A stretch of DNA of 64,000 nucleotides from contig OZ024759.1 in assembly GCA_964016885.1 (NCBI GenBank), positions 5,642,001-5,706,000 of the forward strand, written 5' to 3'. The translations under genes were made by a program, and so were the position numbers. A model generated the notes under the pieces. That model did not search any database. It worked only from the letters and a program-made list of their open reading frames with translations, and was not told the origin of the DNA. This DNA is from Eledone cirrhosa. Its lineage: Eukaryota. Positions 1-14,400 of this stretch are shown here, in pieces; position 1 is the stretch's first letter, and the number at the start of each line of letters is the position of its first letter.

Positions 1-2640
1 AACTCCACTGTTGGTGAGAATTCATTTAAGTTCATGGTATTAGCTGTCAGAAGGAACTCCAACGTTGGTGAGAATTCATTTAAGTCATGGTACTAGCTGT
101 CAGAAGTAACTCCACTGTTGGTGAGAATTCATTTAAGTTCATGGTATTAGCTGTCAGAAGGAACGCCACTGTTGGTGAGAATTCATTTAAGTTCATGGTA
201 TTAGCTGTCAGAAGTAACTCCACTGTTGGTGAGAATTCATTTAAGTTCATGGTACTAGCTGTCAGAAGTAACTCCAATGTTGGTGAGAATTCATTTAAGT
301 TCATGGTATTAGCAGTCAGAAGGAACTCCACTGTTGGTGAGAATTCATTTAAGTTCATGGTATTAGCTGTCAGAAGTAACTCCACTGTTGGTGAGAATTC
401 ATTTAAGTCATGGTATTAGCTGTCAGAAGTAACTCCATTGTTGGTGAGAATTCATTTAAGTCATGGTACTAGCTGTCAGAAGTAACTCCACTGTTGGTGA
501 GAATTCATTTAAGTTCATGGTATTAGTTTGTCAGAAGTAACTCCACTGTTGGTGAGAATTCATTTAAGTCATGGTATTAGTTGTCAGAAGTAACTCCAAT
601 GTTGGTGAGAATTCATTTAAGTTCATGGTACTAGCTGTCAGAAGTAACTCCATTGTTGGTGAGAATTCATTTAAGTTCATGGTACTAGCTGTCAGAAGTA
701 ACTCCACTGTTGGTGAGAATTCATTTAAGTTCATGGTACTAGTTTGTCAGAAGTAACTCCACTGTTGGTGAGAATTCATTTAAGTCATGGTACTAGCTGT
801 CAGAAGTAACTCCAATGTTGGTGAGAATTCATTTAAGTTCATGGTATTAGCTGTCAGAAGGAACTCCACTGTTGGTGAGAATTCATTTCAGTTCATGGTA
901 TTAGCTGTCAGAAGTAACTCCACTGTTGGTGAGAATTCATTTAAGTTCATGGTACTAGCTGTCAGAAGTAACTCCAATGTTGGTGAGAATTCATTTAAGT
1001 TCATGGTATTAGCTGTCAGAAGTAACTCCACTGTTGGTGAGAAAGCATTTAAGTCATAGTATTAGATGTCAGAAGTAACTCCAATGTTGCTGAGAATTCA
1101 TTTAAGTTCATGGTATTAGCTGTCAGAAGTAACTCCACTGTTGGTGAGAATTCATTTAAGATCATGGTACTAGCTGTCAGAAGTAACTACACTGTTGGTG
1201 AGAATTCATTTAAGTTCATGGTATTAGCTGTCAGAAGTAACTCCAATGTTGGTGAGAATTCATTTAAGTTCATGGTATTAGCTGTCAGAAGTAACTCCAC
1301 TGTTGGTGAGAATTCATTTAAGTTCATGGTACTAGCTGTCAGAAGTAACTCCAATGTTGGTGAGAATTCATTTAAGTTCATGGTATTAGCTGTCAGAAGG
1401 AACTCCACTGTTGGTGAGAATTCATTTAAGTTCATGGTATTAGCTGTCAGAAGTAACTCCACTGTTGGTGAGAATTCATTTAAGTTCATGGTACTAGCTG
1501 TCAGAAGTAACTCCAATGTTGGTGAGAATTCATTTAAGTTCATGGTATTAGCTGTCAGAAGGAACTCCACTGTTGGTGAGAATTCATTTAAGTTCATGGT
1601 ATTAGCTGTCAGAAGTAACTCCACTGTTGGTGAGAATTCATTTAAGTTCATGGTATTAGCTGTCAGAAGTAACTCCACTGTTGGTGAGAATTCATTTAAG
1701 TCATGGTATTAGCCGTCAGAAGTAACTCCAATGTTGGTGAGAATTCATTTAAGTTCATGGTATTAGCTGTCAGAAGTAACTCCACTGTTGGTGAGAATTC
1801 ATTTAAGTTCATGGTATTAGCTGTCAGAAGTAACTCCACTGTTGGTGAGAATTCATTTAAGTTCATGGTACTAGCTGTCAGAAGTAACTCCACTGTTGGT
1901 GAGAATTCATTTAAGTTCATGGTATTAGTTTGTCAGAAGTAACTCCACTGTTGGTGAGAATTCATTTAAGTCATGGTATTAGTTGTCCGAAGTAACTCCA
2001 ATGTTGGTGAGAATTCATTTAAGTTCATGGTATTAGCTGTCAGAAGTAAGTCCACTGTTGGTGAGAATTCATTTAAGTTCATGGTATTAGCTGTCAGAAG
2101 GAACTCCAATGTTGGTGAGAATTCATTTAAGTCATGGTACTAGCTGTCAGAAGTAACTCCACTGTTGGTGAGAATTCATTTAAGTTCATGGTATTAGCTG
2201 TCAGAAGGAACGCCACTGTTGGTGAGAATTCATTTAAGTTCATGGTATTAGCTGTCAGAAGTAACTCCACTGTTGGTGAGAATTCATTTAAGTTCATGGT
2301 ACTAGCTGTCAGAAGTAACTCCAATGTTGGTGAGAATTCATTTAAGTTCATGGTATTAGCAGTCAGAAGGAACTCCACTGTTGGTGAGAATTCATTTAAG
2401 TTCATGGTATTAGCTGTCAGAAGTAACTCCACTGTTGGTGAGCATTCATTTAAGTCATGGTATTAGCTGTCAGAAGTAACTCCATTGTTGGTGAGAATTC
2501 ATTTAAGTCATGGTACTAGCTGTCAGAAGTAACTCCACTGTTGGTGAGAATTCATTTAAGTTCATGGTATTAGTTTGTCAGAAGTAACTCCACTGTTGGT
2601 GAGAATTCATTTAAGTCATGGTATTAGTTGTCAGAAGTAA
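1..2640 (+). repeat. Higher-order duplication, 2047-bp offset (38 monomers)
   Basis: The same monomer order starts at 87 and 2134, and the rare variant GCAGTCAGAAGG occurs at ~312 and ~2359. Only ~0.6 kb of the match is visible before the orders diverge. Confidence 0.75.
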
Positions 2641-3699
2641 CTCCATTGTTGGTGAGAATTCATTTAAGTTCATGGTACTAGCTGTCAGAAGTAACTCCAC
2701 TGTTGGTGAGAATTCATTTAAGTTCATGGTATTAGTTTGTCAGAAGTAACTCCACTGTTGGTGAGAATTCATTTAAGTCATGGTACTAGCTGTCAGAAGT
2801 AACTCCAATGTTGGTTAGAATTCATTTAAGTTCATGGTATTAGCTGTCAGAAGTAACTCCACTGTTGGTGAGAATTCATTTAAGTTCATGGTACTAGCTG
2901 TCAGAAGTAACTCCAATGTTGGTGAGAATTCATTTAAGTTCATGGTATTAGCTGTCAGAAGTAACTCCACTGTTGGTGAGAATTCATTTAAGTCATGGTA
3001 TTAGATGTCAGAAGTAACTCCAATGTTGCTGAGAATTCATTTAAGTTCATGGTATTAGCTGTCAGAAGTAACTCCACTGTTGGTGAGAATTCATTTAAGT
3101 TCATGGTACTAGCTGTCAGAAGTAACTACACTGTTGGTGAGAATTCATTTAAGTTCATGGTATTAGCTGTCAGAAGTAACTCCAATGTTGGTGAGAATTC
3201 ATTTAAGTTCATGGTATTAGCTGTCAGAAGTAACTCCACTGTTGGTGAGAATTCATTTAAGTTCATGGTATTAGCTGTCAGAAGTAACTCCACTGTTGGT
3301 GAGAATTCATTTAAGTCATGGTATTAGCCGTCAGAAGTAACTCCAATGTTGGTGAGAATTCATTTAAGTTCATGGTATTAGCTGTCAGAAGGAACGCCAC
3401 TGTTGGTGAGAATTCATTTAAGTTCATGGTATTAGCTGTCAGAAGTAACTCCACTGTTGGTGAGAATTCATTTAAGTTCATGGTACTAGCTGTCAGAAGT
3501 AACTCCACTGTTGGTGAGAATTCATTTAAGTTCATGGTATTAGCTGTCAGAAGGAACTCCACTGTTGGTGAGAATTCATTTAAGTTCATGGTATTAGCTG
3601 TCAGAAGTAACTCCACTGTTGGTGAGAATTCATTTAAGTTCATGGTACTAGCTGTCAGAAGTAACTCCAATGTTGGTGAGAATTCATTTAAGTTCATGG

Positions 3700-6600
3700 T
3701 ATTAGCTGTCAGAAGTAACTCCACTGTTGGTGAGAATTCATTTAAGTCATGGTATTAGCCGTCAGAAGTAACTCCAATGTTGGTGAGAATTCATTTAAGT
3801 TCATGGTATTAGCTGTCAGAAGTAACTCCACTGTTGGTGAGAATTCATTTAAGTTCATGGTACTAGCTGTCAGAAGTAACTCCACTGTTGGTGAGAATTC
3901 ATTTAAGTTCATGGTATTAGTTTGTCAGAAGTAACTCCACTGTTGGTGAGAATTCATTTAAGTCATGGTATTAGTTGTCAGAAGTAACTCCAATGTTGGT
4001 GAGAATTCATTTAAGTTCATGGTATTAGCTGTCAGAAGTAACTCCACTGTTGGTGAGAATTCATTTAAGTTCATGGTATTAGCTGTCAGAAGGAACTCCA
4101 ATGTTGGTGTGAATTCATTTAAGTCATGGTACTAGCTGTCAGAAGTAACTCCACTGTTGGTGAGAATTCATTTAAGTTCATGGTATTAGCTGTCAGAAGG
4201 AACGCCACTGTTGGTGAGAATTCATTTAAGTTCATGGTATTAGCTGTCAGAAGTAACTCCACTGTTGGTGAGAATTCATTTAAGTTCATGGTACTAGCTG
4301 TCAGAAGTAACTCCAATGTTGGTGAGAATTCATTTAAGTTCATGGTATTAGCTGTCAGAAGGAACTCCACTGTTGGTGAGAATTCATTTAAGTTCATGGT
4401 ATTAGTTTGTCAGAAGTAACTCCACTGTTGGTGAGAATTCATTTAAGTCATGGTATTAGTTGTCAGAAGTAACTCCAATGTTGGTGAGAATTCATGTTAG
4501 TTCACGGTATTAGCTGTCAGAAGTAACTCCACTGTTGGTGAGAATTCATTTAAGTTCATGGTATTAGCTGTCAGAAGGAACTCCAATGTTGGTGTGGTGA
4601 GAATTCATTTAAGTCATGGTACTAGCTGTCAGAAGTAACTCCACTGTTGGTGAGAATTCATTTAAGTTCATGGTATTAGCTGTCAGAAGGAACGCCACTG
4701 TTGGTGAGAATTCATTTAAGTTCATGGTATTAGCTGTCAGAAGTAACTCCACTGTTGGTGAGAATTCATTTAAGTTCATGGTACTAGCTGTCAGAAGTAA
4801 CTCCACTGTTGGTGAGAATTCATTTAAGTTCATGGTACTAGCTGTCAGAAGTAACTCCAATGTTGGTGAGAATTCATTTAAGTTCATGGTATTAGCTGTC
4901 AGAAGTAACTCCACTGTTGGTGAGAATTCATTTAAGTCATGGTATTAGCTGTCAGAAGTAACTCCATTGTTGGTGAGAATTCATTTAAGTCATGGTACTA
5001 GCTGTCAGAAGTAACTCCACTGTTGGTGAGAATTCATTTAAGTTCATGGTATTAGTTTGTCAGAAGTAACTCCACTGTTGGTGAGAATTCATTTAAGTCA
5101 TGGTATTAGTTGTCAGAAGTAACTCCAATGTTGGTGAGAATTCATTTAAGTTCATGGTACTAGCTGTCAGAAGTAACTCCATTGTTGGTGAGAATTCATT
5201 TAAGTTCATGGTACTAGCTGTCAGAAGTAACTCCACTGTTGGTGAGAATTCATTTAAGTTCATGGTACTAGTTTGTCAGAAGTAACTCCACTGTTGGTGA
5301 GAATTCATTTAAGTCATGGTACTAGCTGTCAGAAGTAACTCCAATGTTGGTGAGAATTCATTTAAGTTCATGGTATTAGCTGTCAGAAGGAACTCCACTG
5401 TTGGTGAGAATTCATTTAAGTTCATGGTATTAGCTGTCAGAAGTAACTCCACTGTTGGTGAGAATTCATTTAAGTTCATGGTACTAGCTGTCAGAAGTAA
5501 CTCCAATGTTGGTGAGAATTCATTTAAGTTCATGGTATTAGCTGTCAGAAGTAACTCCACTGTTGGTGAGAATTCATTTAAGTCATGGTATTAGATGTCA
5601 GAAGTAACTCCAATGTTGCTGAGAATTCATTTAAGTTCATGGTATTAGCTGTCAGAAGTAACTCCACTGTTGGTGAGAATTCATTTAAGTTCATGGTACT
5701 AGCTTACAGAAGTAACTACACTGTTGATGAGAATTCATTTAAGTTCATGGTATTAGCTGTCAGAAGTAACTCCAATGTTGGTGAGAATTCATTTAAGTTC
5801 ATGGTATTAGCTGTCAGAAGTAACTCCACTGTTGGTGAGAATTCATTTAAGTTCATGGTATTAGCTGTCAGAAGTAACTCCACTGTTGGTTAGAATTCAT
5901 TTAAGTCATGGTATTAGCCGTCAGAAGTAACTCCAATGTTGGTGAGAATTCATTTAAGTTCATGGTATTAGCTGTCAGAAGTAACTCCACTGTTGGTGAG
6001 AATTCATTTAAGTTCATGGTACTAGCTGTCAGAAGTAACTCCACTGTTGGTGAGAATTCATTTAAGTTCATGGTATTAGTTTGTCAGAAGTAACTCCACT
6101 GTTGGTGAGAATTCATTTAAGTCATGGTATTAGTTGTCAGAAGTAACTCCAATGTTGGTGAGAATTCATTTAAGTTCATGGTATTAGCTGTCAGAAGTAA
6201 CTCCACTGTTGGTGAGAATTCATTTAAGTTCATGGTATTAGCTGTCAGAAGGAACTCCAATGTTGGTGTGAATTCATTTAAGTCATGGTACTAGCTGTCA
6301 GAAGTAACTCCACTGTTGGTGAGAATTCATTTAAGTTCATGGTATTAGCTGTCAGAAGGAACGCCACTGTTGGTGAGAATTCATTTAAGTTCATGGTATT
6401 AGCTGTCAGAAGTAACTCCACTGTTGGTGAGAATTCATTTAAGTTCATGGTACTAGCTGTCAGAAGTAACTCCAATGTTGGTGAGAATTCATTTAAGTTC
6501 ATGGTATTAGCTGTCAGAAGGAACTCCACTGTTGGTGAGAATTCATTTAAGTTCATGGTATTAGTTTGTCAGAAGTAACTCCACTGTTGGTGAGAATTCA

Positions 6601-7430
6601 TTTAAGTCATGGTATTAGTTGTCAGAAGTAACTCCAATGTTGGTGAGAATTCATGTTAGTTCATGGTATTAGCTGTCAGAAGTAACTCCACTGTTGGTGA
6701 GAATTCATTTAAGTTCATGGTATTAGCTGTCAGAAGGAACTCCAATGTTGGTGTGGTGAGAATTCATTTAAGTCATGGTACTAGCTGTCAGAAGTAACTC
6801 CACTGTTGGTGAGAATTCATTTAAGTTCATGGTATTAGCTGTCAGAAGGAACGCCACTGTTGGTGAGAATTCATTTAAGTTCATGGTATTAGCTGTCAGA
6901 AGTAACTCCACTGTTGGTGAGAATTCATTTAAGTTCATGGTACTAGCTGTCAGAAGTAACTCCACTGTTGGTGAGAATTCATTTAAGTTCATGGTACTAG
7001 CTGTCAGAAGTAACTCCAATGTTGGTGAGAATTCATTTAAGTTCATGGTATTAGCTGTCAGAAGTAACTCCACTGTTGGTGAGAATTCATTTAAGTCATG
7101 GTATTAGCTGTCAGAAGTAACTCCATTGTTGGTGAGAATTCATTTAAGTCATGGTACTAGCTGTCAGAAGTAACTCCACTGTTGGTGAGAATTCATTTAA
7201 GTTCATGGTATTAGTTTGTCAGAAGTAACTCCACTGTTGGTGAGAATTCATTTAAGTCATGTTATTAGTTGTCAGAAGTAACTCCAATGTTGGTGAGAAT
7301 TCATTTAAGTTCATGGTACTAGCTGTCAGAAGTAACTCCATTGTTGGTGAGAATTCATTTAAGTTCATGGTACTAGCTGTCAGAAGTAACTCCACTGTTG
7401 GTGAGAATTCATTTAAGTTCATGGTATTAG
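3700..7430 (+). repeat. Higher-order repeat, 2159-bp period (40 monomers), first pair
   Basis: Matching blocks at 3749/5908, 4126/6285, 4616/6775 and 5100/7259. Markers GGTGTGAATTC, CATGTTAG and the 5-bp insertion GGTGTGGTGAG recur at this offset. Confidence 0.85.
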
Positions 7431-10400
7431 TTTGTCAGAAGTAACTCCACTGTTGGTGAGAATTCATTTAAGTCATGGTACTAGCTGTCAGAAGTAACTC
7501 CAATGTTGGTTAGAATTCATTTAAGTTCATGGTATTAGCTGTCAGAAGTAACTCCACTGTTGGTGAGAATTCATTTAAGTTCATGGTATTAGCTGTCAGA
7601 AGGAACTCCAATGTTGGTGTGGTGAGAATTCATTTAAGTCATGGTACTAGCTGTCAGAAGTAACTCCACTGTTGGTGAGAATTCATTTAAGTTCATGGTA
7701 TTAGCTGTCAGAAGGAACGCCACTGTTGGTGAGAATTCATTTAAGTTCATGGTATTAGCTGTCAGAAGTAACTCCACTGTTGGTGAGAATTCATTTAAGT
7801 TCATGGTACTAGCTGTCAGAAGTAACTCCACTGTTGGTGAGAATTCATTTAAGTTCATGGTACTAGCTGTCAGAAGTAACTCCAATGTTGGTGAGAATTC
7901 ATTTAAGTTCATGGTATTAGCTGTCAGAAGTAACTCCACTGTTGGTGAGAATTCATTTAAGTCATGGTATTAGCTGTCAGAAGTAACTCCATTGTTGGTG
8001 AGAATTCATTTAAGTCATGGTACTAGCTGTCAGAAGTAACTCCACTGTTGGTGAGAATTCATTTAAGTTCATGGTATTAGTTTGTCAGAAGTAACTCCAC
8101 TGTTGGTGAGAATTCATTTAAGTCATGGTATTAGTTGTCAGAAGTAACTCCAATGTTGGTGAGAATTCATTTAAGTTCATGGTACTAGCTGTCAGAAGTA
8201 ACTCCATTGTTGGTGAGAATTCATTTAAGTTCATGGTACTAGCTGTCAGAAGTAACTCCACTGTTGGTGAGAATTCATTTAAGTTCATGGTACTAGTTTG
8301 TCAGAAGTAACTCCACTGTTGGTGAGAATTCATTTAAGTCATGGTACTAGCTGTCAGAAGTAACTCCAATGTTGGTGAGAATTCATTTAAGTTCATGGTA
8401 TTAGCTGTCAGAAGGAACTCCACTGTTGGTGAGAATTCATTTAAGTTCATGGTATTAGCTGTCAGAAGTAACTCCACTGTTGGTGAGAATTCATTTAAGT
8501 TCATGGTACTAGCTGTCAGAAGTAACTCCAATGTTGGTGAGAATTCATTTAAGTTCATGGTATTAGCTGTCAGAAGTAACTCCACTGTTGGTGAGAATTC
8601 ATTTAAGTCATGGTATTAGATGTCAGAAGTAACTCCAATGTTGCTGAGAATTCATTTAAGTTCATGGTATTAGCTGTCAGAAGTAACTCCACTGTTGGTG
8701 AGAATTCATTTAAGTTCATGGTACTAGCTTACAGAAGTAACTACACTGTTGATGAGAATTCATTTAAGTTCATGGTATTAGCTGTCAGAAGTAACTCCAA
8801 TGTTGGTGAGAATTCATTTAAGTTCATGGTATTAGCTGTCAGAAGTAACTCCACTGTTGGTGAGAATTCATTTAAGTTCATGGTATTAGCTGTCAGAAGT
8901 AACTCCACTGTTGGTTAGAATTCATTTAAGTCATGGTATTAGCCGTCAGAAGTAACTCCAATGTTGGTGAGAATTCATTTAAGTTCATGGTATTAGCTGT
9001 CAGAAGTAACTCCACTGTTGGTGAGAATTCATTTAAGTTCATGGTACTAGCTGTCAGAAGTAACTCCACTGTTGGTGAGAATTCATTTAAGTTCATGGTA
9101 TTAGTTTGTCAGAAGTAACTCCACTGTTGGTGAGAATTCATTTAAGTCATGGTATTAGTTGTCAGAAGTAACTCCAATGTTGGTGAGAATTCATTTAAGT
9201 TCATGGTATTAGCTGTCAGAAGTAACTCCACTGTTGGTGAGAATTCATTTAAGTTCATGGTATTAGCTGTCAGAAGGAACTCCAATGTTGGTGTGAATTC
9301 ATTTAAGTCATGGTACTAGCTGTCAGAAGTAACTCCACTGTTGGTGAGAATTCATTTAAGTTCATGGTATTAGCTGTCAGAAGGAACGCCACTGTTGGTG
9401 AGAATTCATTTAAGTTCATGGTATTAGCTGTCAGAAGTAACTCCACTGTTGGTGAGAATTCATTTAAGTTCATGGTACTAGCTGTCAGAAGTAACTCCAA
9501 TGTTGGTGAGAATTCATTTAAGTTCATGGTATTAGCTGTCAGAAGGAACTCCACTGTTGGTGAGAATTCATTTAAGTTCATGGTATTAGTTTGTCAGAAG
9601 TAACTCCACTGTTGGTGAGAATTCATTTAAGTCATGGTATTAGTTGTCAGAAGTAACTCCAATGTTGGTGAGAATTCATGTTAGTTCATGGTATTAGCTG
9701 TCAGAAGTAACTCCACTGTTGGTGAGAATTCATTTAAGTTCATGGTATTAGCTGTCAGAAGGAACTCCAATGTTGGTGTGGTGAGAATTCATTTAAGTCA
9801 TGGTACTAGCTGTCAGAAGTAACTCCACTGTTGGTGAGAATTCATTTAAGTTCATGGTATTAGCTGTCAGAAGGAACGCCACTGTTGGTGAGAATTCATT
9901 TAAGTTCATGGTATTAGCTGTCAGAAGTAACTCCACTGTTGGTGAGAATTCATTTAAGTTCATGGTACTAGCTGTCAGAAGTAACTCCACTGTTGGTGAG
10001 AATTCATTTAAGTTCATGGTACTAGCTGTCAGAAGTAACTCCAATGTTGGTGAGAATTCATTTAAGTTCATGGTATTAGCTGTCAGAAGTAACTCCACTG
10101 TTGGTGAGAATTCATTTAAGTCATGGTATTAGCTGTCAGAAGTAACTCCATTGTTGGTGAGAATTCATTTAAGTCATGGTACTAGCTGTCAGAAGTAACT
10201 CCACTGTTGGTGAGAATTCATTTAAGTTCATGGTATTAGTTTGTCAGAAGTAACTCCACTGTTGGTGAGAATTCATTTAAGTCATGTTATTAGTTGTCAG
10301 AAGTAACTCCAATGTTGGTGAGAATTCATTTAAGTTCATGGTACTAGCTGTCAGAAGTAACTCCATTGTTGGTGAGAATTCATTTAAGTTCATGGTACTA

Positions 10401-10610
10401 GCTGTCAGAAGTAACTCCACTGTTGGTGAGAATTCATTTAAGTTCATGGTATTAGTTTGTCAGAAGTAACTCCACTGTTGGTGAGAATTCATTTAAGTCA
10501 TGGTACTAGCTGTCAGAAGTAACTCCAATGTTGGTTAGAATTCATTTAAGTTCATGGTATTAGCTGTCAGAAGTAACTCCACTGTTGGTGAGAATTCATT
10601 TAAGTTCATG
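4510..10610 (+). repeat. Tandem duplication, 3025-bp period (56 monomers)
   Basis: Identical blocks at 4616/7641, 5316/8341, 5585/8610, 5908/8933, 6285/9310, 6775/9800 and 7259/10284. Variants ATGTTATTAGTT (7259/10284) and ACTGTTGGTTAG (~5890/~8915) are shared. Confidence 0.9.
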
Positions 10611-11419
10611 GTACTAGCTGTCAGAAGTAACTCCAATGTTGGTGAGAATTCATTTAAGTTCATGGTATTAGCTGTCAGAAGTAACTCCACTGTTGGTGAG
10701 AATTCATTTAAGTCATGGTATTAGATGTCAGAAGTAACTCCAATGTTGCTGAGAATTCATTTAAGTTCATGGTATTAGCTGTCAGAAGTAACTCCACTGT
10801 TGGTGAGAATTCATTTAAGTTCATGGTACTAGCTGTCAGAAGTAACTACACTGTTGGTGAGAATTCATTTAAGTTCATGGTATTAGCTGTCAGAAGTAAC
10901 TCCAATGTTGGTGAGAATTCATTTAAGTTCATGGTATTAGCTGTCAGAAGTAACTCCACTGTTGGTGAGAATTCATTTAAGTTCATGGTATTAGCTGTCA
11001 GAAGTAACTCCACTGTTGGTGAGAATTCATTTAAGTCATGGTATTAGCCGTCAGAAGTAACTCCAATGTTGGTGAGAATTCATTTAAGTTCATGGTATTA
11101 GCTGTCAGAAGGAACGCCACTGTTGGTGAGAATTCATTTAAGTTCATGGTATTAGCTGTCAGAAGTAACTCCACTGTTGGTGAGAATTCATTTAAGTTCA
11201 TGGTACTAGCTGTCAGAAGTAACTCCACTGTTGGTGAGAATTCATTTAAGTTCATGGTATTAGCTGTCAGAAGGAACTCCACTGTTGGTGAGAATTCATT
11301 TAAGTTCATGGTATTAGCTGTCAGAAGTAACTCCACTGTTGGTGAGAATTCATTTAAGTTCATGGTACTAGCTGTCAGAAGTAACTCCAATGTTGGTGAG
11401 AATTCATTTAAGTTCATGG

Positions 11420-14400
11420 TATTAGCTGTCAGAAGTAACTCCACTGTTGGTGAGAATTCATTTAAGTCATGGTATTAGCCGTCAGAAGTAACTCCAATGT
11501 TGGTGAGAATTCATTTAAGTTCATGGTATTAGCTGTCAGAAGTAACTCCACTGTTGGTGAGAATTCATTTAAGTTCATGGTACTAGCTGTCAGAAGTAAC
11601 TCCACTGTTGGTGAGAATTCATTTAAGTTCATGGTATTAGTTTGTCAGAAGTAACTCCACTGTTGGTGAGAATTCATTTAAGTCATGGTATTAGTTGTCA
11701 GAAGTAACTCCAATGTTGGTGAGAATTCATTTAAGTTCATGGTATTAGCTGTCAGAAGTAACTCCACTGTTGGTGAGAATTCATTTAAGTTCATGGTATT
11801 AGCTGTCAGAAGGAACTCCAATGTTGGTGTGAATTCATTTAAGTCATGGTACTAGCTGTCAGAAGTAACTCCACTGTTGGTGAGAATTCATTTAAGTTCA
11901 TGGTATTAGCTGTCAGAAGGAACGCCACTGTTGGTGAGAATTCATTTAAGTTCATGGTATTAGCTGTCAGAAGTAACTCCACTGTTGGTGAGAATTCATT
12001 TAAGTTCATGGTACTAGCTGTCAGAAGTAACTCCAATGTTGGTGAGAATTCATTTAAGTTCATGGTATTAGCTGTCAGAAGGAACTCCACTGTTGGTGAG
12101 AATTCATTTAAGTTCATGGTATTAGTTTGTCAGAAGTAACTCCACTGTTGGTGAGAATTCATTTAAGTCATGGTATTAGTTGTCAGAAGTAACTCCAATG
12201 TTGGTGAGAATTCATGTTAGTTCACGGTATTAGCTGTCAGAAGTAACTCCACTGTTGGTGAGAATTCATTTAAGTTCATGGTATTAGCTGTCAGAAGGAA
12301 CTCCAATGTTGGTGTGGTGAGAATTCATTTAAGTCATGGTACTAGCTGTCAGAAGTAACTCCACTGTTGGTGAGAATTCATTTAAGTTCATGGTATTAGC
12401 TGTCAGAAGGAACGCCACTGTTGGTGAGAATTCATTTAAGTTCATGGTATTAGCTGTCAGAAGTAACTCCACTGTTGGTGAGAATTCATTTAAGTTCATG
12501 GTACTAGCTGTCAGAAGTAACTCCACTGTTGGTGAGAATTCATTTAAGTTCATGGTACTAGCTGTCAGAAGTAACTCCAATGTTGGTGAGAATTCATTTA
12601 AGTTCATGGTATTAGCTGTCAGAAGTAACTCCACTGTTGGTGAGAATTCATTTAAGTCATGGTATTAGCTGTCAGAAGTAACTCCATTGTTGGTGAGAAT
12701 TCATTTAAGTCATGGTACTAGCTGTCAGAAGTAACTCCACTGTTGGTGAGAATTCATTTAAGTTCATGGTATTAGTTTGTCAGAAGTAACTCCACTGTTG
12801 GTGAGAATTCATTTAAGTCATGGTATTAGTTGTCAGAAGTAACTCCAATGTTGGTGAGAATTCATTTAAGTTCATGGTACTAGCTGTCAGAAGTAACTCC
12901 ATTGTTGGTGAGAATTCATTTAAGTTCATGGTACTAGCTGTCAGAAGTAACTCCACTGTTGGTGAGAATTCATTTAAGTTCATGGTACTAGTTTGTCAGA
13001 AGTAACTCCACTGTTGGTGAGAATTCATTTAAGTCATGGTACTAGCTGTCAGAAGTAACTCCAATGTTGGTGAGAATTCATTTAAGTTCATGGTATTAGC
13101 TGTCAGAAGGAACTCCACTGTTGGTGAGAATTCATTTAAGTTCATGGTATTAGCTGTCAGAAGTAACTCCACTGTTGGTGAGAATTCATTTAAGTTCATG
13201 GTACTAGCTGTCAGAAGTAACTCCAATGTTGGTGAGAATTCATTTAAGTTCATGGTATTAGCTGTCAGAAGTAACTCCACTGTTGGTGAGAATTCATTTA
13301 AGTCATGGTATTAGATGTCAGAAGTAACTCCAATGTTGCTGAGAATTCATTTAAGTTCATGGTATTAGCTGTCAGAAGTAACTCCACTGTTGGTGAGAAT
13401 TCATTTAAGTTCATGGTACTAGCTTACAGAAGTAACTACACTGTTGATGAGAATTCATTTAAGTTCATGGTATTAGCTGTCAGAAGTAACTCCAATGTTG
13501 GTGAGAATTCATTTAAGTTCATGGTATTAGCTGTCAGAAGTAACTCCACTGTTGGTGAGAATTCATTTAAGTTCATGGTATTAGCTGTCAGAAGTAACTC
13601 CACTGTTGGTGAGAATTCATTTAAGTCATGGTATTAGCCGTCAGAAGTAACTCCAATGTTGGTGAGAATTCATTTAAGTTCATGGTATTAGCTGTCAGAA
13701 GTAACTCCACTGTTGGTGAGAATTCATTTAAGTTCATGGTACTAGCTGTCAGAAGTAACTCCACTGTTGGTGAGAATTCATTTAAGTTCATGGTATTAGT
13801 TTGTCAGAAGTAACTCCACTGTTGGTGAGAATTCATTTAAGTCATGGTATTAGTTGTCAGAAGTAACTCCAATGTTGGTGAGAATTCATTTAAGTTCATG
13901 GTATTAGCTGTCAGAAGTAACTCCACTGTTGGTGAGAATTCATTTAAGTTCATGGTATTAGCTGTCAGAAGGAACTCCAATGTTGGTGTGAATTCATTTA
14001 AGTCATGGTACTAGCTGTCAGAAGTAACTCCACTGTTGGTGAGAATTCATTTAAGTTCATGGTATTAGCTGTCAGAAGGAACGCCACTGTTGGTGAGAAT
14101 TCATTTAAGTTCATGGTATTAGCTGTCAGAAGTAACTCCACTGTTGGTGAGAATTCATTTAAGTTCATGGTACTAGCTGTCAGAAGTAACTCCAATGTTG
14201 GTGAGAATTCATTTAAGTTCATGGTATTAGCTGTCAGAAGGAACTCCACTGTTGGTGAGAATTCATTTAAGTTCATGGTATTAGTTTGTCAGAAGTAACT
14301 CCACTGTTGGTGAGAATTCATTTAAGTCATGGTATTAGTTGTCAGAAGTAACTCCAATGTTGGTGAGAATTCATGTTAGTTCATGGTATTAGCTGTCAGA

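Noticed and set aside
108-132. Hairpin or structured RNA / terminator (CCA-CTGT-TGG, CCAA-TG-TTGG, GAATTC)
   Set aside because: The stems are only 3-4 bp, with no covariation among variants and no tRNA, 5S, snRNA or hammerhead motif recognisable.
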